DNA from: Minisyncoccia bacterium
GTDB taxonomy: Bacteria; Patescibacteriota; Minisyncoccia; Phycocordibacterales; Phycocordibacteraceae
NCBI GenBank assembly: GCA_050011835.1
Contig: JBEKII010000004.1
Location: 8,386 to 72,385 of the forward strand
Length of the DNA stretch: 64,000 nt
Reading direction: 5' to 3'
Shown: piece after piece, positions 49,343-57,779 of the stretch
Layout of the letters: every line of letters starts with the position of its first letter
Numbering within the stretch: the stretch's first letter is position 1
The notes under the pieces: model-generated
Database searches by the model: none
Seen by the model: only the letters and a program-made list of their open reading frames with translations
Told to the model about the DNA's origin: nothing
Program-made: the position numbers and the translations under genes

Positions 49343-51146
49343 ATCGCGCCTTCTCCTCCTTTATCGCGAGGAGTTGCGAGGGGTCGGAGGTGATAATTTG
49401 GTCTTCGGTATAACTCGCGACAATTTTAATCGCGACGTGTTTCAGTCCTGCGAAGAAAAGCCCCTCGCCCACCCCCGCTTCAAGCAGGAGATATTTTTCT
49501 TCATCGGTGAGATTAAACGTCTGCTGCAGCACGTCAATCGTTGTCGGCGATTGCTTTAAGAGCAGTTGCAATGAGGAGTTGGTAAGAATTGGCCGCCCGT
49601 ATGGGCTCTTTAAGAAGTCCTCAACGTCTTGAGTGATGGTACAGACGCCCAGATAGTACTTGCGTCCGCGCTTGGCGACAGAATAGAGGAAAGAAGCGGT
49701 ATCCTCGCTCTTCATCATCCACCACGCCTCATCAATGACCAACAATCGTTTCTTCAGATCGTGGCGTATCGCATTCCAGATAAAATGCGTGATGATATAC
49801 ATTGCCACGGGCTTGAGTTCATCCTCCATATCGCGTACCGAAAAAACTTCAAATTGCTGCGTGAGGTCTATATTGGTCGGCTGATCGAGGAACCCCGCCC
49901 ATGAACCGCGGGTATATTTGGAGAGACGCTCAACCAAGGACTCGCTGCCTTCCATGCCGGAGAGTACCTGCTCAAAATCGGAAAGGAGCGGTGCCTCCGC
50001 GCCGGTAAAATCGGCATCGCCGGTTATGTCTTTGAGCGCGTAGGTTTCGCTGATGGCGCGATCAACAATCGCATCTTCCTCTGGAGAAAGATTGCTGAGC
50101 ATAATGCGAAAGAGTCCGACGAGCGCGATGATATTTGAGCGCAAGATGTCTCTCGGGTCCTCGTCTTCTTTAACCGGAGGAAGGTCAAACGGGTTGATAT
50201 GGTGCTCGGAGGAGAGCGAAATGTGGAACGAGCGTCCGCCAGTCGCTTCGGCAAGCTGATCGTATTCTCGCTCTGGGTCAATGATGATAATGTCCGTGCC
50301 GAACATGAGGGAACGCAGGACTTCAAGTTTCGTCGCATAGCTCTTGCCGGAACCGGATTTCGCGAAAATAACCGAATTGTAGTTTTCAAGCGAGAATCGA
50401 TCAAAGAGAATGAGCGAAGAATTATGCCGATTGATGCCGTAAAGAATTCCGCGGTCGCTCGTTAGGTCAAAGGAGACGAAGGGAAAGATTGAAGAAAGCG
50501 GTGAAGAGTTCAATTTTGAGTTTACTAAAAGCTCATCGGTGCCGAGCGGAAGACAGGAACGGAATCCTTGTTCCTGCTGGAAGAGCGCGGGCTTCGTATA
50601 CACAAGTTTTGCGTCAAGAATACCGCGAATGTCACCTTCTATTTTGTCGATGTCTTCTTTAGAATCTCCGTACAGCGCGAGATACAAGCCGACATCAAAA
50701 AGCTTTTCCTGCGCCTGCTGGAGATTGTTGCGCAAACTTTCAAGATCCTGATATGCGGTGTCGAGCAAGGGGTCGCGCACGAGTCCTTTCGCTTCGCGTT
50801 CGCTAATTTGACTCTGAACTTCGGCGACTTTTTTCTGAAAACCGCGCAACGCCTCTTCGGTTTTTATGGGATGGATGAATATGGAAGCGTCAAGCACTTT
50901 ATCGAGATTGATGACGGGCGCGAACCAGCCATCGGAGAGAAAACGCGGATACGATATCGTGTAGAAAGAACGGACGAATTTTTCCCCAAGCTCAATCTCG
51001 CGCGGACCGATCTTGAGCGCAGTTGGGGCAATAGTGTCAATGAGGTCGAGCGAACCCTGTTTATAAATATCTTTCGGTAAGACCGCCGTTATCACCGGCG
51101 GCTCTTCTTTTTTACGATTACGATTGAGTAAGTCGAGGAGTGCCAT
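49323..51146 (-). CDS. VirB4-like ATPase
   Basis: YGIN, AKSGSGKS, IIDPERE, INPFD, IDEAW, RKY, ITQ; start ATG 51146. Confidence 0.9.
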   Translation of the reverse strand: MALLDLLNRNRKKEEPPVITAVLPKDIYKQGSLDLIDTIAPTALKIGPREIELGEKFVRSFYTISYPRFLSDGWFAPVINLDKVLDASIFIHPIKTEEALRGFQKKVAEVQSQISEREAKGLVRDPLLDTAYQDLESLRNNLQQAQEKLFDVGLYLALYGDSKEDIDKIEGDIRGILDAKLVYTKPALFQQEQGFRSCLPLGTDELLVNSKLNSSPLSSIFPFVSFDLTSDRGILYGINRHNSSLILFDRFSLENYNSVIFAKSGSGKSYATKLEVLRSLMFGTDIIIIDPEREYDQLAEATGGRSFHISLSSEHHINPFDLPPVKEDEDPRDILRSNIIALVGLFRIMLSNLSPEEDAIVDRAISETYALKDITGDADFTGAEAPLLSDFEQVLSGMEGSESLVERLSKYTRGSWAGFLDQPTNIDLTQQFEVFSVRDMEDELKPVAMYIITHFIWNAIRHDLKKRLLVIDEAWWMMKSEDTASFLYSVAKRGRKYYLGVCTITQDVEDFLKSPYGRPILTNSSLQLLLKQSPTTIDVLQQTFNLTDEEKYLLLEAGVGEGLFFAGLKHVAIKIVASYTEDQIITSDPSQLLAIKEEKARYAAEKK

Positions 51147-51147
51147 A

Positions 51148-51786
51148 TTATTTGTCAAGACGAATGGGATTCTCAAGTTCGCCCGGATTGAAAGAACGAT
51201 ACAGGAGTTCAATGATTTCTTCGGTACCGAGCGGCACCACGCGCACGCCGGTACCGGACAAGCCGCCGATGACGAGCGAGAGGCGCTGTTCAAGCTGTGC
51301 GCGGTCTTCTTCAAATGATGTCTCTGTGGAAGCATTCTTTGCCGATGAACTCTCGTGTCGTAAGAAGCTCATTGCGTGGGCGGTAGAAATATGCGGGGAA
51401 TACGGCACGACAATATAGAACGATTTTGTCATGATATTCGCTTGTTCGGCGAAGGAACGAATGAACTCGATATATTCACGCAGCTGGATCCTCATAAGCT
51501 CGGTTTTCTGCTCCGGCGTTTTCTCCTCAAGGAGGGCAAGATAGGGACGTAAGTCCATCTTGCGCGAATTCACGACAATTTGGATTGAGAAGTCAAGCGT
51601 GTTGAGAAAATTTTGAAAGCCGAGTGTGATGGCGCGCTGTTCGTCGGCCGATTTGAGTCCGAAGTTGATGGACGAGCAGATAAGCACGCCGCGATAGCTG
51701 CCGTCTTTTAAAATGATGGCGCCGTTCCGTATCTCCTTGACGGGAACGAACTGTTGCGTTGCTCCTGCTGATCGTGTTGTTGCCAT
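51148..51786 (-). CDS. VirB4 N-terminal/TraC-like partner protein
   Basis: TQQF, SSINFGLKS.DEQ, FLNTLDF.IQI, FY.VVPY. Confidence 0.75.
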   Translation of the reverse strand: MATTRSAGATQQFVPVKEIRNGAIILKDGSYRGVLICSSINFGLKSADEQRAITLGFQNFLNTLDFSIQIVVNSRKMDLRPYLALLEEKTPEQKTELMRIQLREYIEFIRSFAEQANIMTKSFYIVVPYSPHISTAHAMSFLRHESSSAKNASTETSFEEDRAQLEQRLSLVIGGLSGTGVRVVPLGTEEIIELLYRSFNPGELENPIRLDK

Positions 51787-51787
51787 A

Positions 51788-52231
51788 TTATTTTGGGTTT
51801 TGAACTTCGGGCTTCTGGCCTTTGATATCAAGCGACCATGCGAGCTCCGAAAGTTTCCCGCGCGTCAGCCTCGGCGTGCCGCGCGGAATGCGGGAACTCG
51901 CCTCTGCGGCCGCCGCAGCGGCCGCCGCAGCGGTTTTCTCCTTGTTCGTCGGCTCCTCGTGCTTCCAGAGAAAGAATTTCGCGCCCGTGTAATAATTAAA
52001 TCCTGCTTCAAGCACATTAACAAACGGCTTACCGTTTATTTTATAAAACGCGAGCGCTGCCGCGAGTCCTGCCACCAACGCCGAAAGGACGAGAGCGATG
52101 GCAATTTGCAAATAGGAGAAGAAAATAACGCAGAGTCCGACTCCGCCGGCGATGTAGATAAATTGTTTCAAGGTCAAAGGCCCAACAATCTTATTCTCCA
52201 CCTCAATAAATTGCGGAACTTGATATTCCAT
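51788..52231 (-). CDS. PrgI family membrane protein
   Basis: YQVPQFIEVENKIVGPLTLKQF plus 2 TM helices. Confidence 0.85.
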   Translation of the reverse strand: MEYQVPQFIEVENKIVGPLTLKQFIYIAGGVGLCVIFFSYLQIAIALVLSALVAGLAAALAFYKINGKPFVNVLEAGFNYYTGAKFFLWKHEEPTNKEKTAAAAAAAAAEASSRIPRGTPRLTRGKLSELAWSLDIKGQKPEVQNPK

Positions 52232-52267
52232 TCTCTTTAGTATATCAGCACACACGCAATGAAAATT

Positions 52268-52528
52268 CTATCCTCCACTACCCCGGATGTCCTTAGATTG
52301 AATGGGGCTTTCGATGCCGGGTGACCATTTCGCGTTTATCGTTCCAAACTTTTTCTCATATTCCTCAACTTGGTGCGCCAAACTCTGCACGAGGCGTTTC
52401 ATATGCGGCGGCGTGAGCGCATAGGCGCTCGCAGTCTCGCCGGCGCTCATTACCAGGACGAAATTCTCCTGTGAATGACCTGCAATGACATTTTCACAAA
52501 ACTGTTTTGGGATTTTATTGAAGTCCAT
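52268..52528 (-). CDS. Small conserved protein (DUF3467-like)
   Basis: P.HMKRL..L...V..YEK.FG.I; TATACT 6 nt upstream of ATG 52528. Confidence 0.65.
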   Translation of the reverse strand: MDFNKIPKQFCENVIAGHSQENFVLVMSAGETASAYALTPPHMKRLVQSLAHQVEEYEKKFGTINAKWSPGIESPIQSKDIRGSGG

Positions 52529-52830
52529 GACTCTAGTATAACAGGTGGCAGAAATGAAGAAGCCCCCAAGGAGAAAGACTCCTTGAGGACCACGCCGCAA
52601 ATGTGGCGCATGCAAAAGGTTCGAATCTAATTTTGATCGCCAGCACTTTCTGCAAAAAAAGTGCTTTTTCCCAACCCATACCTTCCGCTTATGATGCGGC
52701 CTGTATTTCTTCACGCTCCTCACAAAAATTTTCCTGCCGCAATTGCCGCAGTATCTCATGTTCTCCTCCTCCCCCACGTTTCTTTAGAGACAATACATCT
52801 CTTTTTTAAAAATGTCCAATCGCTACTTTT

Positions 52831-53472
52831 CTAACTGTAACTACCCGTAATGAGCCCAAAAAGCCAGAGGACGAGACTGAAGAAAATGTTAGCGAAGACG
52901 AAGGAAAAGACGAGGAGGAAGAGGATGAGCGAAAGCACGCCCGCGTGACGAATCCGTTGTTCAAAACGCATAAGACCAGCGGAAGCGCTCCAAGGGAGCG
53001 CCGAGCGCAGTGCCGTAAAGCCGTCTAAGGGCGGGAATGGGATGAGGTTGAAAAGACCGAGGAAGAGGTTGACGAATGCGATTATTGAAGCGAGTGATAA
53101 TGCCGTTGCACCAAATCCAAGTATTGGCCCAAAACGCACGATGAGTCCGAAAATGATGGCGAGGAGAATATTCGTCGCGCTGCCGGCGATGGCAACGAGC
53201 GTCTCGCCCCAGCGTTGGTTCCTGAGGTTGTAGGGATTATAGGGTACCGGCTTTGCCCAACCGAACAGTATGGGCGACCCCGTGAGGACGAGGAGCGCGG
53301 GGATGATGATTGAGCCCATGAGATCAATATGCGGGATTGGATTGAGAGTGAGGCGGCCGGCGAGACGCGCGGTCGGGTCGCCGAGCGAATTGGCGGCATA
53401 GCCATGCGCCACCTCGTGCGCGATGACAGAGAAAATAAGGATAAGAAGCGTGAGAATGGTGTCCATTTGCAT
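52831..53472 (-). CDS. Site-2 protease (M50)
   Basis: HEVAHG, FGWAKPVP, FNLIPFPPLDG. Confidence 0.93.
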   Translation of the reverse strand: MQMDTILTLLILIFSVIAHEVAHGYAANSLGDPTARLAGRLTLNPIPHIDLMGSIIIPALLVLTGSPILFGWAKPVPYNPYNLRNQRWGETLVAIAGSATNILLAIIFGLIVRFGPILGFGATALSLASIIAFVNLFLGLFNLIPFPPLDGFTALRSALPWSASAGLMRFEQRIRHAGVLSLILFLLVFSFVFANIFFSLVLWLFGLITGSYS

Positions 53473-53503
53473 GTGTCGTATCCTATGCTACCATGCGGCG
53501 ATT

Positions 53504-53746
53504 ATGGCACGCATCTGCGCGATTACCGGGAAGAGCACGCAAGTCGGGGGTCGGTACTCCAATCGCGTCCGCGCGACCCAATTCAATCCGACCGGTAAGG
53601 TTCGGAGGAAAGCGAATCTCCAAAGACGGCGTATCTATGTGCCAGAACTTAAGAAGACTGTCATCGTTGACGTCTCGGTGAAAGGGCTCAAAACTATCAA
53701 GAAAAATGGTGCGTTTGCAGCATTGAAAAAAGTGGGAGCCATTTGA
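53504..53746 (+). CDS. rpmB: 50S ribosomal protein L28
   Basis: MARICAITGK...RRKANLQ...SVKGLKTI. Confidence 0.92.
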   Translation: MARICAITGKSTQVGGRYSNRVRATQFNPTGKVRRKANLQRRRIYVPELKKTVIVDVSVKGLKTIKKNGAFAALKKVGAI

Positions 53747-53808
53747 TTTTTATAATTGAGTAGCTTATCGTTCGCGGCGTGTGCAGATTATATGATAGAT
53801 TTGTTCTT

Positions 53809-54399
53809 ATGATGTATTCAACTAAAACGTTTAGTCTTCCCGCGCTGAAAGGACTTTCGGAGAAACAAATCAAGGTGCATTTTGCTTTATATGAGGGTTA
53901 TGTGAAAAATGTAAATCTCATTACCGAGAAGCTTTCCGCCGTCCGGGCAGGACAGTTTGAACTTGATCCGTATATCATCGCGGAACTGCGCCGCCGGTTT
54001 GCGTTTGAATTTGATGGAATGAGAATGCACGAATATTATTTCGCACAGTTTGAAAATGGTCCGGCCCCACTCTTTACGGGTGGCGCATTAGAAAAAGCGA
54101 TTATTGAAAAATATGGGAATCAAAATCTCGAAGCCCATATCCGCGAAGTCGCCGGAAGCCGCGGCATTGGCTGGGCCGTCGTTTATAGCGACCCAAGTGC
54201 AAAGACGCTCCATACGGTTTTTGTAAACGACCACGAACTCGGCCAGCTTGCGGGATTGCCGATACTACTTGTGCTCGATCTCTGGGAACACGCCTACATG
54301 GTGGACTACGTTCCTGCGGAGAAGAAAAATTATATCGACGCCTTTTTTGCGAATCTTAACTGGAGTATCGTCGAAAAACGCTTCAAGGCAGTGATATAA
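53809..54399 (+). CDS. Fe/Mn superoxide dismutase family protein
   Basis: H..LYEGYV, HEYYF, GIGW, LDLWEHAY, N.NW. Confidence 0.88.
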   Translation: MMYSTKTFSLPALKGLSEKQIKVHFALYEGYVKNVNLITEKLSAVRAGQFELDPYIIAELRRRFAFEFDGMRMHEYYFAQFENGPAPLFTGGALEKAIIEKYGNQNLEAHIREVAGSRGIGWAVVYSDPSAKTLHTVFVNDHELGQLAGLPILLVLDLWEHAYMVDYVPAEKKNYIDAFFANLNWSIVEKRFKAVI

Positions 54400-54588
54400 G
54401 TGGTTTCAATATACTACCGACAAAAGTCCCAGGAGCGGGAAATTGATTCGTCCAAACTCGAAACAACAAACTTTAAAAGTTTTTTATCTGAAAAGATATT
54501 ATTTACTAAATCTTTATACTCTATGATGGTAGTCTCATATGATCTTTGCTAGAGCATCTACGTTCATTTTTTAACAAGCTTTTGCATA

Positions 54589-54942
54589 TCAGCTAAGCCT
54601 ACTCCCTATCTCCACCGTTGCTTTTGCCGGGGTAATGAGTACCCAACCGATGTCGGCCGTATTCTTGAACCCCAGCGTCAAGACTTCCGAAGTGAACGAG
54701 CCGATCTTCTTTGGTGAGAAATTCACTACGCAGCACACAAGCATTCCTCGCAGCTCTTCTTTCGCATGGGCTCCGACAACCTGCACGCCGGACGACTTAA
54801 TTCCGATTTCAGGGCCGAAGTTTATCTTGAGCTTGAACGTAGGGTTCCGCGCCTCAGGAAAATCAGATACCTCGACAATCTTGCCAACGCGGATATCAAC
54901 TCTCTGGAAATCGTCGTACGTGATCATGACTTCAGAATTCAT
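54589..54942 (-). CDS. CsaA-like tRNA-binding protein
   Basis: DFQRVDIRVG, VVNF.PKKIG.F.SEVLTLG. Confidence 0.85.
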   Translation of the reverse strand: MNSEVMITYDDFQRVDIRVGKIVEVSDFPEARNPTFKLKINFGPEIGIKSSGVQVVGAHAKEELRGMLVCCVVNFSPKKIGSFTSEVLTLGFKNTADIGWVLITPAKATVEIGSRLS

Positions 54943-55537
54943 TTTGTAGGATTTCCCGTGCTTTTCGTATCGCTATGCCCCGGTGACTTATGGAATTCTT
55001 CTCCTCAAGCGTCATCTCGGCACTGGTCTTTCCTAACTTGATGCTGAAAAACACAGGATCGTAACCGAAACCATTCGTACCACGCGGAGCGGTCGCAATT
55101 CTACCTTCGTAAGTGCCTTCACAGAGACGAACCTTGTCGGTATCGGGGTCATAAATGGCAATGACAGTACGAAAACGAGCAGTCCTTTTCTCGTCAGGAA
55201 CGCCATCCAGTTCACCAAGCAGTTTTGTATTCCGGTCGGCATCAGTTCCTGGCGCATAACGAGCGGTATAAACGCCAGGCCTCCCGCCTAATGCCTCGAC
55301 CTCCAATCCCGCGTCCTCGGCAAGGGTAAGAAATCCCGTCTTTTTCCCGAGAGTCATCGCTTTAATAATCGCATTGCCCTCAAAAGTCGTTCCAGGCTCC
55401 TCGACCTCGTAATCTTTCGGAAGTTCGGGTACGTCATTCAAGTTCACAAACTCGAAAGGCAAGCCTTGGAGCAGGGAGACGATTTCGGGAAATTTGCCCT
55501 TAGAGCGCGTCGCTATGAGGACCTTGCGATTTTCCAT
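54932..55537 (-). CDS. rdgB: Non-canonical purine NTP pyrophosphatase RdgB/HAM1
   Basis: EE.G.TF..NA..KA, PGVYTARY, GFGYDP.F, KN.ISHR. Confidence 0.93.
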   Translation of the reverse strand: MENRKVLIATRSKGKFPEIVSLLQGLPFEFVNLNDVPELPKDYEVEEPGTTFEGNAIIKAMTLGKKTGFLTLAEDAGLEVEALGGRPGVYTARYAPGTDADRNTKLLGELDGVPDEKRTARFRTVIAIYDPDTDKVRLCEGTYEGRIATAPRGTNGFGYDPVFFSIKLGKTSAEMTLEEKNSISHRGIAIRKAREILQNEF

Positions 55538-55852
55538 GGGTTTTGAAGTAGTCTAACAGGTTATTAGTTCGAGTCTCGTCCGCCCTTGCTCGGTCCTGTG
55601 ACCTTGCCAGGTAAGATCCCGTAAGGGTTCTTTGGCGAGTTTCAGCATAACAGATTGAGGTCTCTCGGTCAGGGGTCTTTTATCGAATCCTGCCCACGCC
55701 GAAATCCGAGATATCTGCGTTTAATTCTGAATTTGAATGGAGCCTGTAGCGACGCCCCAATGGCCATTACGAAATAAAGCCCAGACAATGAGGCAGAAGA
55801 CAACGAAAAGTAGGAACTCAAACATATCGCAATTCTAGCAAAAATTTGAGCT

Positions 55853-56260
55853 TTAGTTAGCAGTTAATACCTTGTTGGTAGATTCTTCAACAATTCTAAT
55901 TTCCTCCGGCGTAAGTTCGTATAGCCTATATACCATTTGGTCGATTTGTTTTTCGTATTCTTTGACTTTTCCTTTTTTTACAGGATTTTCCAAATAATCA
56001 CCGGGTTTAGTAATTGCAAGAATTTTATCAACCAGGACAATAAATGGCGTCTGCAGATTGGTGGGCGGGCATTTGATTGGAATATTCATAATGGGCGTTG
56101 GATCAAGCATAAGTCGATTGCCGGCTCTTTTGCCATTGTAGTATAGCCAATAATAATATAGGCGGGAGTTTAAAAGTCCGAGAACATATTTCAATGAGAT
56201 GTTCATCTCGCCTGTTTTGTAAGTTACGAAGGTTATATTTACACTCACTTCTGGGTATCT
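55853..56260 (-). pseudogene. C-terminal fragment of a type IIG/TaqI-like restriction-modification enzyme
   Basis: KYVLGLLNSRL...IPI...LVDKIL...IDQMVY.LY.LT.EEI; N-terminal methylase domain absent. Confidence 0.7.
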
Positions 56261-56505
56261 TAGACCAAATAGACCTGAATCAGCTTGGCGTGCAAATGAA
56301 ATTCGAGGAGGAGCTGAAGCGGCATAACAAATTTCAACGCACCGTATTAGGTCTCTCGGATCCAAAAGCAAAACATGAAGATGTAGATTTCAGAGTCTAT
56401 GCAAAATATATTCTAAAGGAGGGCACGAATGAGGAGAAACGAGAATTAATGGGGTGCTTCAAGTCGAAACTTAAAGTCACGAAAGGAGTAGTGACGGTTG
56501 AGTAA
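56255..56505 (+). pseudogene. Probable C-terminal remnant of a serine recombinase
   Basis: YAKYILKEGT.EEKRELM..FKSKL resembles, from recall, Parcubacteria recombinase tails; truncated. Confidence 0.45.
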
Positions 56506-56508
56506 AAT

Positions 56509-57264
56509 TTATTTAACTCGAACAAACTTCCCGGTAACTTTGATCACAGAAACCTCATCATATTTTTGGTCAAAAAAGTCCTGTGAGATCGGTTTTTTGG
56601 CAAACGGGTTGATGATAGTGCGTAGACGTACATATCGTTTACGAATGTTATATCCTTTTGATTTGCACCAGGCCTCGTAGACTTGCAAAAGATCATTTCC
56701 TAGCATTTCTGGCATCTCATGTTCTTTCCAAAATTCTTTCCCAGCAACTGCCTTTTCTGGATATATTTCCTCAATGACAGCAATGGCCGAAAGAGTCGTA
56801 TTTTTCTTGGGCGACAACTCACCATTTTTGTCGAAGATCCACTGTGAGTTGCTTCCGTCGGGCGACATCCGAAGAGATATATCACCATATGCTGAACCGG
56901 CTATCAGTTGAGTGTCTAGGCCGGCAGTAAACGAATCGCCTTTATGCAATATGAGTACACAAGGATAATCATTTTTGTAATCTTTGAACTTTTTACGAGC
57001 TTGCCCTATTTTCTCTCTTGTTTGCGAATAAGGATCGAGGCGAATTGCTACACTGAAGTTTTCAGGTGTTCTCATATATCGGTCGGCTTTGCTTTCACGA
57101 CTAAATTCTTTTATTTCAAAAAGTGTGTCCGCATTAATCCTTACGAGATAATCGGGCCTTTTCGGCTTTCCAAGATCGGGTTCATAGAAGAAATCTTTAT
57201 CGGCAACCAGCCCTTTCTTTGAAAGATATTCTTCAAACAATTTTTCCGATGATGTAACTGTCAT
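56509..57264 (-). CDS. Hypothetical protein, possible PD-(D/E)XK nuclease
   Basis: SE..FE.YL...RPDYLV...FEIK. Confidence 0.55.
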   Translation of the reverse strand: MTVTSSEKLFEEYLSKKGLVADKDFFYEPDLGKPKRPDYLVRINADTLFEIKEFSRESKADRYMRTPENFSVAIRLDPYSQTREKIGQARKKFKDYKNDYPCVLILHKGDSFTAGLDTQLIAGSAYGDISLRMSPDGSNSQWIFDKNGELSPKKNTTLSAIAVIEEIYPEKAVAGKEFWKEHEMPEMLGNDLLQVYEAWCKSKGYNIRKRYVRLRTIINPFAKKPISQDFFDQKYDEVSVIKVTGKFVRVK

Positions 57265-57346
57265 ATGGGAGGTGAGTATATCAGCTTACCTGAAAGATAT
57301 ATAAGGTCTCGGCATAGCACCGATAAAAAGTCCTACGAGCGGGGTC

Positions 57347-57772
57347 TCAGGGATTCGAACCGCGATCCATTGCGGTGTTTGCGAGAGCATCAGCGTCGCT
57401 ATTTTCCTCGCGTGGAACATGCAAAAAAGAGATAGGTCCGAAGATCGCGGCGAGCGAAGCAAGTCGCGTGTGCTGTTTTTTTAAGACAGGACTCTTCACT
57501 TTGTATTCCCCACCCATCTGCTTCACTACAAGCTCGCTATCCATCTTTACAACAACATCAGTTTTTTTGCGTTTTGCCGCTGGAATGAGTTTTGCCAGCG
57601 CTTCAAGTCCGAGAATCACCGCCTCATATTCTGCAAAATTATTCGTACGTGTCCCGAGAAATTTTGAAACGCTCGCAATCGAATTGCCTAATTCATCACG
57701 AATTATCACTCCAGCCCCGCTTGGTCCCGGATTTCCTCTCGCGCCGCCGTCGGCATGGATGGTGAAATGCAT
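57347..57772 (-). CDS. rnhA: Ribonuclease HI
   Basis: DGGARGNPG, TNNFAEY, DSELVV.Q, REEN..AD.LAN. Confidence 0.93.
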   Translation of the reverse strand: MHFTIHADGGARGNPGPSGAGVIIRDELGNSIASVSKFLGTRTNNFAEYEAVILGLEALAKLIPAAKRKKTDVVVKMDSELVVKQMGGEYKVKSPVLKKQHTRLASLAAIFGPISFLHVPREENSDADALANTAMDRGSNP

Positions 57773-57779
57773 ATGTTCA

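Noticed and set aside
51900-51932. GCG/GCC-rich repeat in the prgI-like gene
   Set aside because: Mixed-codon poly-Ala linker, not a slippage tract.
54400-54588. AT-rich spacer after the SOD gene
   Set aside because: Possibly a gene remnant, but no assignable frame or motif.
55566-55705. GTTCGAGTCTCGTCCGCCC and ATCGAATCCTGCCCACGCC as tRNA genes
   Set aside because: Only T-arm-like fragments; no cloverleaf can be built.
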